A stretch of DNA of 55,426 bases from positions 1-55,426 of IMG/VR virus record IMGVR_UViG_3300045253_000025; one strand, 5' to 3'. Of the stretch, positions 16,783 to 26,413 are shown one piece after another. Source of the DNA: a virus. Lineage: Duplodnaviria; Caudoviricetes. The notes under the pieces were generated by a model that saw only the letters and a list, made by a program, of their open reading frames with translations, was not told the origin of the DNA and made no database searches. The position numbers and the translations under genes were made by a program. Every line of letters begins with the position of its first letter. The first letter of the stretch is position 1.

Positions 16783-19617
16783 CTATTGCACATTCCAATT
16801 CGTACCGTCCCAAACAAATTCCTTATAATCTCCCGCTGACATATTGACGGTCGTAACTGCTGATGCGTCGAAGATATTGTCGCTTCCAGCGCGAGAAATA
16901 ACCAGCGTGCCGCTGCCAGCGTGCTTCACACCAACCCAAGCTCCTGACGCTCCAGCCGGTAGTGTCCAGGTAGTTCCGCTGCCGGTGTAGACGTAGGGCG
17001 TGTTATTGGTAAGCGTAGCACTAGCAGTATTGATGCGTGAGATTGCGGCGCGAGCAGTGGACAGTGTTCCGCTGGTCGGCAGCGTTACATTGGTCGCACC
17101 CGTCGTTGTTAGCGTAAGAGCGTTCGCGCCGGAAGTCGTAAAGGCTGCTGCCGTCGTTATGTTGCCCCCAAGATCAATCGTCTTGTTGGCGTCGTTCAGC
17201 TTGAAATTCAGCGTGCGCTCGTCGTTATTGCTGGCGTCGGGAAATGCGAGGATGATGTTGAAGCCCGAACTGCAGCTAAACCCGGCAGACCCATCGACTG
17301 AGAAATTACCGCCAATGGCTAAATCACTCGCTACGGTCATTCCGCCATCGGCTGTGACAGCCCCATGCAGTGTAGATGTCCCAGTAACGTAAAGATTGCC
17401 ATCGGTCTTGATTGTGCTTGCGGCGGAGCGGTAGAGGTTGGCCGTAGCATCGCTGTCGGAGAATCGAATTTTGTTCGCTACGATCTCTTGCGCGCCATTG
17501 CCAAGCACGAGCCGGTCGCTGGCGTTGAGTTTTGCCAGAGCGATGTAGCCGTTACCGGCGAAGTTCAACTGTTTGAGAGCATCGCTGTTGTTAAGAGTAT
17601 TGACCAACGGGCCAGGCAAGAAAAACACACCACTCTGGAGCGTAGCATAGGTGCTGTTACCAGCCTCGTTCGTCCATGTGAATTGCGTAGCGGCAAACGT
17701 GCTACTAATAACGCCAGCTTCTGTACAGGACATGCCCAGTGCTCGTCGCTCTACGTTTGATGGGGTACGGAAAATTATGAATGCTTCGTCTTGGAAAACT
17801 CCAGGGCTTGTCTCGTAGTGATTCTCAAGCTGTACCCAAACACCGCTTTTCGTAATGTCCTTACTCGTACCGACATTCGTACCGATCTGTATAACGTGAT
17901 CCCCACGTGATGCCACTACGTTCGTGCCGACCGTTGATGTAATAGTAAATGGGAGTGAGCCGTCGCTGATACTCGTATGACCTTTAAAGAGATCAATTCC
18001 GCTACCGTCAGTAGTTCCGACTGTAATGAGTGAAAGAAAAGATGGACTCGCGGTTGTACGGATATCCTGAATAGCGTTTAGCACGCTACCGCTTGTGCTG
18101 AGGCTTGTTCCGATTGACGTAGTACCAGTTCCTCCATTAGCGGCAGGTAGCGTGCCGGTGACTCCGGTTGTAAGTGGTAAACCAGTACAGCTTGTCAATG
18201 TACCTGAAGATGGCGTCCCAAGAATGGGCGTCACAAGTGTAGGCGATGTAGCGAATACCACAGCACCACTACCCGTCTCGTTCGTAAGCAAAGTGGCTAG
18301 ATTGGCTGAAGATGGAGTTGCTAAAAATGCAGAAGCTCCAGAAGCCAGTCCACTAACGCCTGTACTAATTGGAAGTCCAGTGCAGTTAGTCAATGTGCCG
18401 GAAGAAGGAGTACCTAGAACTGGGGTAGTAAGAGTTGGAGAAGTCAGAGTCTTATTTGTTAGAGTTGCTGTACCGTCAATCGTATCAAAGCCCCCAGTAG
18501 CGTTGACGTTGTTTCCTAGAGCGGTTGCGACTCCTGTACCGAAAGAGGTAATCCCTGTTCCACCATTAGCGACAGGCAGAGTTCCTGTAATAGCAGAAGT
18601 CAACGAGATATTTGTAAGCGTATTGGATGATCCAGAGATTGTCTTACTTGTGAACGTCTGAACGGTAGAAAGATCAGCGATCGTTCCTGACGGGACTGTC
18701 TTTGTTCCCCAGGAGTCGATAGTCGATCCATTAGTAATCCCGTACCCAACAGCAGTCGTCGGGGTCGATCTGACTTGAGACCAAAGAACTCCGATCTGGG
18801 GACCGGGGCCGGAGGAGAAAGTTCCCGTTCGTGAAGGAGACTTCGAGACTTGCTCGTATATCCAGCGGCCTTGCTCCTTCTTCGCTCGATAGCGATAAAT
18901 AAAGCCGTCGCTCAAAACACCTTCGTATAAATCTTTCTCGACTCGAAACCATTGAATCCAGAAAGGCTGCTTAGGAGTAACCGGGTTTTCGACAACCGCC
19001 TCCGGTCTAACGACCGTATTTTCTGGAGAAGAAAGAGAGAACATCTTCTCGGATTCGGCTTGCGAAGCTCCGGTTGGGAATGGACCGATCCGCTTTTCGT
19101 AAGATGCGATCCAATCGGAAGCGATCTCCTGCTGCGCTTGGCGGAGATCGAGATCGCTGGAGCAGACTAGATCATGAAGCTTGTTCTCCAGCTTGTCTTT
19201 GAGCCTTGCTCCATACCGACCTGCATAGGACTGAGGCCAGAGATTCTTAAGATCGTTGGAACCTCCGAGTTCTAACGGGATTAGATGATCGACTTCGTAC
19301 TGAGACCGATCAGACCAAGGAATGCCGTAAGAGGCAAAGACTTTCTTTTTGAGTGATTCGGGGACGTTACGGACGCGAGCGGTATAGCCGGGACGGGAGA
19401 GGTCATCGACGCCAATCGTGGGGAAGTAAGCCCCTGGAGTTTTAGTAGGGTCGGGGAGGACTCCGGGAGTGGTGACGGATCGAGAATCGGTAGCAGGTCG
19501 GGAAACCGGGGACAGAGCAACGGACGATGAATCATTGATCCAACCGCCATCAGGCGCAGGGGAACAGCCTCCAACGAGGAAGATCGAAAGCAGGATTGGC
19601 AGGAGCCAGCGGTTCAT
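16783..19617 (-). CDS. Fusion of lipoprotein signal + HNH-like domain + tail-fibre-like region
   Basis: Lipobox VGGC; EVDHLIPLELGGSNDLKNLWPQ; GTLP.ANGGTG and TSPTL.TP.LGTPSSGTLT.CTGLP repeats. Confidence 0.7.
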   Translation of the reverse strand: MNRWLLPILLSIFLVGGCSPAPDGGWINDSSSVALSPVSRPATDSRSVTTPGVLPDPTKTPGAYFPTIGVDDLSRPGYTARVRNVPESLKKKVFASYGIPWSDRSQYEVDHLIPLELGGSNDLKNLWPQSYAGRYGARLKDKLENKLHDLVCSSDLDLRQAQQEIASDWIASYEKRIGPFPTGASQAESEKMFSLSSPENTVVRPEAVVENPVTPKQPFWIQWFRVEKDLYEGVLSDGFIYRYRAKKEQGRWIYEQVSKSPSRTGTFSSGPGPQIGVLWSQVRSTPTTAVGYGITNGSTIDSWGTKTVPSGTIADLSTVQTFTSKTISGSSNTLTNISLTSAITGTLPVANGGTGITSFGTGVATALGNNVNATGGFDTIDGTATLTNKTLTSPTLTTPVLGTPSSGTLTNCTGLPISTGVSGLASGASAFLATPSSANLATLLTNETGSGAVVFATSPTLVTPILGTPSSGTLTSCTGLPLTTGVTGTLPAANGGTGTTSIGTSLSTSGSVLNAIQDIRTTASPSFLSLITVGTTDGSGIDLFKGHTSISDGSLPFTITSTVGTNVVASRGDHVIQIGTNVGTSKDITKSGVWVQLENHYETSPGVFQDEAFIIFRTPSNVERRALGMSCTEAGVISSTFAATQFTWTNEAGNSTYATLQSGVFFLPGPLVNTLNNSDALKQLNFAGNGYIALAKLNASDRLVLGNGAQEIVANKIRFSDSDATANLYRSAASTIKTDGNLYVTGTSTLHGAVTADGGMTVASDLAIGGNFSVDGSAGFSCSSGFNIILAFPDASNNDERTLNFKLNDANKTIDLGGNITTAAAFTTSGANALTLTTTGATNVTLPTSGTLSTARAAISRINTASATLTNNTPYVYTGSGTTWTLPAGASGAWVGVKHAGSGTLVISRAGSDNIFDASAVTTVNMSAGDYKEFVWDGTNWNVQ

Positions 19618-19907
19618 TTTCTTCTCAAGAAATAGTGACCAACAAAAGTCTCGATTCGAGGTTTGCCTAGCCGTTTTCGCAGATCATTCTCCCAATTCGT
19701 GAGGATGCAATTTGAGAGCGGATCGGTCGTCATTTGAACCAGCAGCGTACCTAACGGAATCCACACGGCGATACTCATCCAGCCATAACCGGGCCAGACG
19801 CTATCCCAAAGTTTCCACACCACAACCGGCATTGCTAAGCCAGTCACAAGGACAGCGATGCAGCCGATGAAATGAAAAACGACCAAAAACATAAGCAGTA
19901 GTTTCAT
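19614..19907 (-). CDS. Membrane protein (DUF2784-like)
   Basis: 2 TM segments; CILTNWENDLR...G...FV.HY. Confidence 0.6.
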   Translation of the reverse strand: MKLLLMFLVVFHFIGCIAVLVTGLAMPVVVWKLWDSVWPGYGWMSIAVWIPLGTLLVQMTTDPLSNCILTNWENDLRKRLGKPRIETFVGHYFLRRK

Positions 19908-19914
19908 ACCCGGT

Positions 19915-20163
19915 TTATTGGAGACGGATCAAAGGATGACCGATCAGAGCCATCAGCAGGCTGATGAGCAGTACCACGACCAGTATGACGAAGATTACGC
20001 GAATGACCTGAAAGGCCAAAGGCGGTCCCCAGCCTTGCTTTTCGATATAGCCGATCAAGAACCAGAGCAAGCCCAACACGACGGCTCCAATCAGCAGCCC
20101 CAGAATCGTTGAGACAATTCCAGCCAAGCTTACGTCGATCACGGCCAGAGAGAGAGTAATCAT
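19915..20163 (-). CDS. Holin-like membrane protein
   Basis: 82 aa with two long hydrophobic segments. Confidence 0.55.
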   Translation of the reverse strand: MITLSLAVIDVSLAGIVSTILGLLIGAVVLGLLWFLIGYIEKQGWGPPLAFQVIRVIFVILVVVLLISLLMALIGHPLIRLQ

Positions 20164-20214
20164 ATTATTTTCCTTTCCAGAAAAATGTACCCGGACGGTA
20201 ATCCGTCAGGGGTG

Positions 20215-20451
20215 TTAGTCGTCGCTGTAGATTTCTTCCCAGCGGTGATTCTTCTTGTAGTCCTTGGAGAAGTCAGTTTCGGGGAACGCTCCGACGTAGG
20301 CCCAATTACGGAGGTACTTGAGTTGGCGATGGTCTCCGCTGATGACTTGCTTGATCTCGAATAACTGAATCGTAGCAGTCACGAGAGAGCAAGCCAGGAA
20401 GACAGCGGTCCCGATGCCGATGCCGAAGCGTGTGTTTTCGTTGATGGTCAT
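20215..20451 (-). CDS. Single-TM small protein
   Basis: N-terminal hydrophobic helix. Confidence 0.55.
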   Translation of the reverse strand: MTINENTRFGIGIGTAVFLACSLVTATIQLFEIKQVISGDHRQLKYLRNWAYVGAFPETDFSKDYKKNHRWEEIYSDD

Positions 20452-20996
20452 TGATGCAACTTTGCTAATTGTACGATCAGACTGGCGAGACCGAGAACGA
20501 CTGAGATAGCAACTCCGATCCAGAGAGCCGTGGTTGCTTGACCTCTTTCTTGTGCTGTGTCCTTGCCAAGCAATGAGCTACGATACTTTTCTAACTCGGC
20601 TACCTTGTTCTTGACTTCCTCCAATCGCTCCGCTTCGGAATTGAATCGGGACTCGACTTCCTGACGCGGCATCGTTGCCTTGTTCTGCTCATCCAGCTTG
20701 CGGGAGAGATCGTTGTGCGTTTGATTATAGGACTTCTGCGCTTCTTCGGCTTTGGTGATCGCTTTCTCGGAGGCGGCAAAGGCAGCGTCGGTAAGTTTCT
20801 GCTGAGCGGCTAACGCAGCGTTGACTGCAACCTCTGCTGATTTAAATTGCTGATCGTATCTGCGATCTCGCTCCTCATAGCGTTTGTCTCGCTCGTCATA
20901 ACGGCGGTCTCGCTCGTCGAGCTTGGTCTCGATGATCTCACGAGTCAGGGCGATCAAACCGTTTTCTCTGCTCGTAAGTTGGGGTTGTTCACTCAT
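20448..20996 (-). CDS. Coiled-coil protein with C-terminal TM anchor
   Basis: Long heptad region and hydrophobic tail. Confidence 0.65.
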   Translation of the reverse strand: MSEQPQLTSRENGLIALTREIIETKLDERDRRYDERDKRYEERDRRYDQQFKSAEVAVNAALAAQQKLTDAAFAASEKAITKAEEAQKSYNQTHNDLSRKLDEQNKATMPRQEVESRFNSEAERLEEVKNKVAELEKYRSSLLGKDTAQERGQATTALWIGVAISVVLGLASLIVQLAKLHQ

Positions 20997-21023
20997 GTAT
21001 CCGGCTTGTACTCAGGCAGGATT
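20996..21023. repeat. 28-bp hairpin-forming dispersed repeat, copy 1
   Basis: TGTATCCGGC(T/C)TGTACTCAGGCAGGATT; second copy at 51879-51906. Confidence 0.85.
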
Positions 21024-21031
21024 AGGTCAAT

Positions 21032-21070
21032 AAAAAAGCCGGGTCGAAGGCGTATTCATCCGACCCGGCT
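21032..21070 (-). terminator. Intrinsic terminator
   Basis: AGCCGGGTCG...CGACCCGGCT stem followed by a T run. Confidence 0.85.
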
Positions 21071-21151
21071 CCTCAAGGAGACTCCCGGTGAGCATCAGAC
21101 CGGGATCAGAGATTATTCATAACGGAAGTAGACTCCGCTGGTTTGGTTGCT

Positions 21152-21799
21152 CTATGTCCGGCCAACGTAATCGGCGGTTACGAGATCGAACGTACCCGCT
21201 GCCGTACCGTTGGTGGAGTGCAGGATCAAAGGCTGGTTGATGTCGGGCGTGACGAATAGCGGCTTACCGCCACTGGAGTAGGTGTTACGGACGGAGACCG
21301 TGGGAGTCAGGTTCCAAAGGGCTTGCTCGGTATCAGCAGCGACTCCGAAGAACCAGACATCCTGACCGATATTGAATCCGCCTGTCGGGACGTTGGCCGT
21401 CAAGGTGATTGCTAGCGTTGCTACCGACGAGACGACGTACAGGTTGTAGATACCCGTCGTCGGATTCTTGATGACGAGGTAGTCGTTCGCAGCGATGGCG
21501 TTGACGGCGGCAGGTATCTCCCCGTAGGGGCTGGCGAGCATGGAGCTAGCCGGAGTGCCGGGATCGGCTGTAAGATTGATGACCGCCTGGGCAGCGGCAG
21601 CGGCGGTGGAGAGCGTTGTATGGCCCAACGGACGCATGACCGTGATCGTGTGAGCCGTCGAGCCTAGAGAATAGGCAAGATAGGTTAAGGCGGTACGATA
21701 GCCGGAATAGGGCGGGATCACAACGTCAATGACCGTGTTCGCGCTTTGCGTCTTACCGGCTGCTCTGTAGGAAGCCACTGAGTTGAAGAAGAAGCCCAT
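21152..21799 (-). CDS. Putative capsid-associated structural protein
   Basis: 215 aa, Thr/Ala-rich, downstream of the major capsid gene. Confidence 0.55.
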   Translation of the reverse strand: MGFFFNSVASYRAAGKTQSANTVIDVVIPPYSGYRTALTYLAYSLGSTAHTITVMRPLGHTTLSTAAAAAQAVINLTADPGTPASSMLASPYGEIPAAVNAIAANDYLVIKNPTTGIYNLYVVSSVATLAITLTANVPTGGFNIGQDVWFFGVAADTEQALWNLTPTVSVRNTYSSGGKPLFVTPDINQPLILHSTNGTAAGTFDLVTADYVGRT

Positions 21800-21830
21800 A
21801 GGGATACCTGTCTGAGTTTTGTGAGAAGAA

Positions 21831-21950
21831 TTATTTGCGTTTTCGAGGCTTGCGTTTTGGTTTTCCGCCGTAAGCTTCAGGATGGTTTCGACGGGATACC
21901 TTTTCCCAGAAGTCAGCAGAGCTTTTGTTAAGTTTGATGAGGCGAGTCAT
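21831..21950 (-). CDS. 39-aa basic peptide (MTRLIKL...KPKRKPRKRK)
   Basis: TGATG-coupled to the capsid gene stop. Confidence 0.55.
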   Translation of the reverse strand: MTRLIKLNKSSADFWEKVSRRNHPEAYGGKPKRKPRKRK

Positions 21951-23092
21951 CAGTAAATGACCGTGGGGCTGAAGACGCAATTCGGGACGTACAAAGCCGG
22001 GAGGCCGTTGAGGACTGCTTTTAAGTCCCAGCCTGCCGGGTCGATGACCTGAGTCGTCCAGGCGGCGAAGCCGAATCGCTCCGTCCCTTGATCGAGAAGG
22101 TTTTCCATGACAAGCTCGGAGCCGTTCATCCAGGAACACCAATCGAAATCGACGGCGGGCAGGATCACGGCTCGGTTGTCCGGGATGACCTTGATGTTGT
22201 TTCCGGCGTAATCGACGAGCAAGGCGTCGTAGGAGTGGAAGGCCATGTAGGGGATGCCCTTGAATACAACTTCCAAGCCGGTGTCTTGAACGCCATCGGG
22301 ACCACGGAACTCCGTCCGCTCGAAGCGAGACCAGACGGTATTGGCGATGCCAGCAGCTTCGAGGAGTCCGGTGTTTTTGAACAAAGGAGCCATCGTCACG
22401 GAGTTGACCCAGACATCGCGGATCGGTCGTCCAGTAAGAGCTTCCTGAGCCGCGTTCATCTTGAAGAACTGGCCGATAATGTCGGCGGCAGGATCGTTCC
22501 AGGGGCGTTCGATGATCGCAGCGTCAGTTGAATTGACCGTAGCCGCCATCTGGTTCTTGTTGCCTGCTGGAATCTGGAAGTTGACCGTGAAGTTGCCGGA
22601 GCCGGTTTCGACCGGGTTGACATCATCGCCGGAGATCAGGAAGTCATGGGAGCCTAAGAGCATCCGGGAACACATGAACTCACGAGCGTTGACAAACTTC
22701 TGAGCTAGGAAGCGTTCCTGCTTGGTGATGTAGGACTGGCCGGAAGCATCGACGGCTCCCCAATTCTGACCGAGAGGACGAGTACGAAAAACCTTCTCCG
22801 CTAGGATCGGAATCTTCTCATGGAAGCGAGCCATCGTCATGGCGACGTGGCCGATGACCTGCGGAGCGGAGGTTGCCGGGCCGACTGCCGGAGCGCGTCC
22901 TTTTGCCATCGTGCGCGTGCGGTTGAACTGATCGTAACCGGCGACGTGACCGCCAGGGCTTTCGACGTTGCGACCGTCCATCCCCATGCCGAGATAATCC
23001 TGGACGCGGGATTGCGGTTGCTTGATCGTCGAGATGACCCTCGTCACCTGATAAGTCGAGAGCAGTTGTTCGAGGGAGACGTTAGTTGCCAT
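21950..23092 (-). CDS. Major capsid protein (lambda E-like, HK97 fold)
   Basis: 380 aa, REFMCSRML..G and LPALY.PN patterns, follows protease and decoration genes. Confidence 0.8.
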   Translation of the reverse strand: MATNVSLEQLLSTYQVTRVISTIKQPQSRVQDYLGMGMDGRNVESPGGHVAGYDQFNRTRTMAKGRAPAVGPATSAPQVIGHVAMTMARFHEKIPILAEKVFRTRPLGQNWGAVDASGQSYITKQERFLAQKFVNAREFMCSRMLLGSHDFLISGDDVNPVETGSGNFTVNFQIPAGNKNQMAATVNSTDAAIIERPWNDPAADIIGQFFKMNAAQEALTGRPIRDVWVNSVTMAPLFKNTGLLEAAGIANTVWSRFERTEFRGPDGVQDTGLEVVFKGIPYMAFHSYDALLVDYAGNNIKVIPDNRAVILPAVDFDWCSWMNGSELVMENLLDQGTERFGFAAWTTQVIDPAGWDLKAVLNGLPALYVPNCVFSPTVIY

Positions 23093-23125
23093 GATCGGTT
23101 ATCCGGTGAGGGTTAGGTTACTTCG

Positions 23126-23377
23126 TTACTTTCCATCAGGTCGTTTGTCGAGACCTTTTTCCTTCAAAATTGCGGCTACGTCGTCAACGTGCAGCATATC
23201 GCAAATGCATGCGCCAGTATCGTTCGTGATCGGTGCAATACTGCCGTTGCAAGTGTCATTGCCCGGCACAGCACTATGCAAGACACCAAACGAAACAATT
23301 TTTGCTCCGTCGCCGTAGCCACCGAGTTTCACACAGATGTCCCCATTCTTCGCTTCTCGTCCGTTTCTGTAGTGCAT
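23126..23377 (-). CDS. Hypothetical protein (MHYRNGREAKNGD...)
   Basis: 83 aa, inserted between decoration and capsid genes. Confidence 0.65.
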   Translation of the reverse strand: MHYRNGREAKNGDICVKLGGYGDGAKIVSFGVLHSAVPGNDTCNGSIAPITNDTGACICDMLHVDDVAAILKEKGLDKRPDGK

Positions 23378-23419
23378 AATTCTTCTCAGGAAACTCAAAG
23401 GGATGTACTGGATTACGGA

Positions 23420-24415
23420 TTAGCTCACGATCGTCGCAGGCTGGATCAGGGCGTACAGGGCGTTGAGTTGGGCGTTGAGCGTGGCGAAATTGTTGTTGAT
23501 ACCAGGGGCGGTATTGGAAGCAGCGGTATTGCCGATAGCGACCAAGGCGGCTCCTGCCGTACCCGTCGTGTTGTCAGTCAAGGAAGTCAGCAAGGTCGAG
23601 CCTGCAACCCAGGCATGGGAGATGACCAGAGCTTCTCCGGTCGAAAGACCGATGACCTCGAAGTAGGCTCCGATCTTGGCTCCTGTCGTCAGGGCAGCAA
23701 TCGAGTCAGCTGCCTTATCACCGTTGACGACCAGCGTATCGGCGGGAGATGCCGTGAGGGTCATGTTCTGAGCTTCCATGTTGTAGAAGCCAAAACGGAG
23801 ACCATCCTGCATAACTGGTAGAGTGAAGTTGACCGCTCCAACTGTCCCGCGTGTCGTAAACAGCGTGTTGTTGTCTGCGACCATGACCGTGTAGTCGGCA
23901 GTCTTAGCAACCACTCGCTGCCAGCCGCCAAAGCAAGCGCCTTGGACTTGATCGTCGATGATGAAGCGACCCGTCTGAGTGAGCAAAGCTCGGATTAGAT
24001 ACTCATGGGTTGCACCGGAGAGGCCGATCGACGTAGCGCCCGGCTGGAGGATGCCGGTTGCCTTGAGTGTTCCGCCGACGATCGCGTAACCCATAAAGCG
24101 ATCCGCATCGGAGCCAGCGGCTTGCATCTTCTGCGAGTACATCAGCACGCCAGCGATATGCTGGGAGCCGTCCGTCGCGGTCGGAGACCATGTGGTCCAT
24201 TTGCCAGTAGACGTGACTTTGCCTAGCAGCAGACCAGGCCGGAGCAGATCGGTCGGGGTATTCGCGGAGTCGCGGGTTGCTCCGTCCAGGAAAACGTTGA
24301 CGACTTTCTGATCTTCCTTGCGACCCCACCAAACGATTCCCTCAACCGTCTGGAGAGCGGTTCCAATACCGGGAAGTTGCCAGCCACCTGTAAAGCCAAC
24401 GTCGATACCTTGCAT
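23420..24415 (-). CDS. Head decoration protein with C-terminal extension
   Basis: LRPGLLLGKVTSTGKW...ATDGSQ..AGVL, lambda D-like N-terminus. Confidence 0.7.
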   Translation of the reverse strand: MQGIDVGFTGGWQLPGIGTALQTVEGIVWWGRKEDQKVVNVFLDGATRDSANTPTDLLRPGLLLGKVTSTGKWTTWSPTATDGSQHIAGVLMYSQKMQAAGSDADRFMGYAIVGGTLKATGILQPGATSIGLSGATHEYLIRALLTQTGRFIIDDQVQGACFGGWQRVVAKTADYTVMVADNNTLFTTRGTVGAVNFTLPVMQDGLRFGFYNMEAQNMTLTASPADTLVVNGDKAADSIAALTTGAKIGAYFEVIGLSTGEALVISHAWVAGSTLLTSLTDNTTGTAGAALVAIGNTAASNTAPGINNNFATLNAQLNALYALIQPATIVS

Positions 24416-24439
24416 GATCTTATACCTTCAAAGTGAGGT

Positions 24440-24590
24440 TGTACGGTCCTTTGCAGGACTGAACGTGCGACTCGAAAGAGGCGAGCAAACGAAAAAAGGC
24501 CCAATGGTATCGGCGCGCCGTTGAGCCTTGAGTGTGCTGGTTTCGATCCGGGTAATTAAGCCGAACCGTCGCCTCTATCGAGTTGTACGT
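24440..24590 (-). ncRNA. Candidate structured leader RNA of the decoration/capsid genes
   Basis: Long closing stem, two internal hairpins, GNRA hairpin (folded by eye). Confidence 0.45.
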
Positions 24591-24630
24591 TCTTACTTGA
24601 TTGTCAAAACCTCGTGGATTCTTTCAAGAC

Positions 24631-25902
24631 CTACTTTGCCGGAGCATAGCCGGAGTTTGCAAGTTGAGCAGCGACCATATCGTCGAAGCCTTCGTCGCCT
24701 TCGTTCAGGACGGTTGAGCCTTCCAGACCTTCGGGAAGGTCAGCCTCGACGGCGACGGACATTTGAGAGCCGTTGGATTTCTTGCCCTGTCCTTTGCCTT
24801 GGCCGCTGACTTGCTTGAGCAAGCCGTTCTCCGGGAGCGCTTCGAGCGAATCGAGTAGCTCGTCCAGGAGTGTCGGCAAGGGTTTCCCGGATTCGCTGTC
24901 CAGCGAAAGCTGGAAGCCTTCGAGCTTGGGCAGAAGCTTTTTCTTGGCATAGTCGGGAGTGATCCGACCGGAGGCGACGAGCAGCTTGATCCGGTTCGAG
25001 TAGCCGCCTTTGGCTTGAGTGGTCGCCAGATCGAGGAGAGCCTGATTGACTTCGGGCATGAGATTACCTTCGGTATCGGTAAGGGACATTGCGATCGGTG
25101 TTGGAAGCTCTTTAACTTTCGTATCGTTGGTTCCGTCTCCCTGATTCTGCCCCATGATGGCAATACATGCAATACAGACCCGCTCCAGGAAATTATCCCC
25201 GGTCGTATCGTCGGGGAGATCGAGCGGAGGAGTCATCTTGCGGAGATAGGCCAGAGCATCCTTGACGGCATAGGCTCCCCTAACCCCTTCGTCCCGTTGA
25301 GCATTGGGATCAGAACCTTCCTCGACGGTCTTCTTCTTGCCACCTCCCTGCTCTGATTGCTCAAGCTCATCGTTCGCCAATCCGAGAAGAACGTCGTCGG
25401 AGACTTCGACTCCCAGCGGAGCCATGTAGAGCGAAAGAGCGATTGCGGACTGATCGGCTTCGACTTTAGGAGTGAAGTTTAATTGACCAGCCTGGACCGG
25501 ATGGACGACGGCAGCGATATGGACCGGGACATCTTTCCATTCCCGGCCAGAGCCATCAGTCCACTTCGGTTTGATGAACGGCGAGACTTCGCGGACAGTT
25601 GCGCCCAGCTTCTCCGCATCGGCGGCTATAGGGACATCGACTTCGCCGTAGAGACACTGATCGAGCGGATCGACGAAGAACTTATCCCAAAAGCCCGCGT
25701 TATTTTGCGGGTTGAACTCGGTAGGTGTGGCCCCATCGTGACCCCAGGGAAGCGGAATCTTGATTCCAGCAGCGATCATCTCCGTCAGCGTATCGCCTTG
25801 CTTCTTGATCCGCTCCGGGGTGAAGACCTCAATCTTCCGCTTCTTATCAGGAGTGGTAGCGAGGACGCGACCAGGGCGGAGAATTTGCTTGATGAATCGC
25901 AT
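24631..25902 (-). CDS. Prohead protease/scaffold (Mu gpI-like)
   Basis: PLPWGH, NAGFW, EVSP, HIAAV.HPV motifs followed by a helical scaffold-like tail. Confidence 0.8.
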   Translation of the reverse strand: MRFIKQILRPGRVLATTPDKKRKIEVFTPERIKKQGDTLTEMIAAGIKIPLPWGHDGATPTEFNPQNNAGFWDKFFVDPLDQCLYGEVDVPIAADAEKLGATVREVSPFIKPKWTDGSGREWKDVPVHIAAVVHPVQAGQLNFTPKVEADQSAIALSLYMAPLGVEVSDDVLLGLANDELEQSEQGGGKKKTVEEGSDPNAQRDEGVRGAYAVKDALAYLRKMTPPLDLPDDTTGDNFLERVCIACIAIMGQNQGDGTNDTKVKELPTPIAMSLTDTEGNLMPEVNQALLDLATTQAKGGYSNRIKLLVASGRITPDYAKKKLLPKLEGFQLSLDSESGKPLPTLLDELLDSLEALPENGLLKQVSGQGKGQGKKSNGSQMSVAVEADLPEGLEGSTVLNEGDEGFDDMVAAQLANSGYAPAK

Positions 25903-25905
25903 TGG

Positions 25906-26070
25906 TTATTTACTATTGACGAGCGGAGAATACTGCCGCTTAATACCACGACGGATCGAAGCTCTGCCTAATGGATTGTTTCGGTAGTAGCTATTGAGCC
26001 AGCCCTTATCCCAATGCTGCCTCGCTTTGCGAAAACCTCGCATCAGCTTTTTTGTTCCCGCTCGCATCAT
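25906..26070 (-). CDS. Small basic tagged-family protein (MMRAGTKKLMRGF)
   Basis: 54 aa by manual translation; TAATG coupling. Confidence 0.85.
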   Translation of the reverse strand: MMRAGTKKLMRGFRKARQHWDKGWLNSYYRNNPLGRASIRRGIKRQYSPLVNSK

Positions 26071-26249
26071 TACTTTCCAGTCTTGTAGCTCTTGAGTTCT
26101 TTTCGAGCGAACTGCTTTAGCTTGGTTCGATGGGCTTTCCCGTAACCTGTCGCTCTCGCGTACTTGTGCGAGTTGAGAGCATCCTGACGACCAAAAGCGA
26201 GACGTGAATGTCTCAATGCCTGCATCAGTCGAACAGTTCCACGTTTCAT
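26070..26249 (-). CDS. Small basic tagged-family protein (MKRGTVRLMQAL)
   Basis: 59 aa by manual translation; TGATG coupling. Confidence 0.85.
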   Translation of the reverse strand: MKRGTVRLMQALRHSRLAFGRQDALNSHKYARATGYGKAHRTKLKQFARKELKSYKTGK

Positions 26250-26413
26250 CAGAAGTTCCGTTTGATCCGCTCTCGAAGGAGTTTTGAGCCGTGAGTCTTC
26301 TTCAGGAATTTAAGGTATCGGCCTTGATCTTTCCAGCCTCCGCCTTCTCTTACGGAACGGCTGAATCTCCGTCTAGCAAACGATCCGATCAGTTGTCGCG
26401 TGGAGCCTTTCAT
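26249..26413 (-). CDS. Small basic tagged-family protein (MKGSTRQLIGSF)
   Basis: 54 aa by manual translation; ATGA coupling. Confidence 0.8.
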   Translation of the reverse strand: MKGSTRQLIGSFARRRFSRSVREGGGWKDQGRYLKFLKKTHGSKLLRERIKRNF

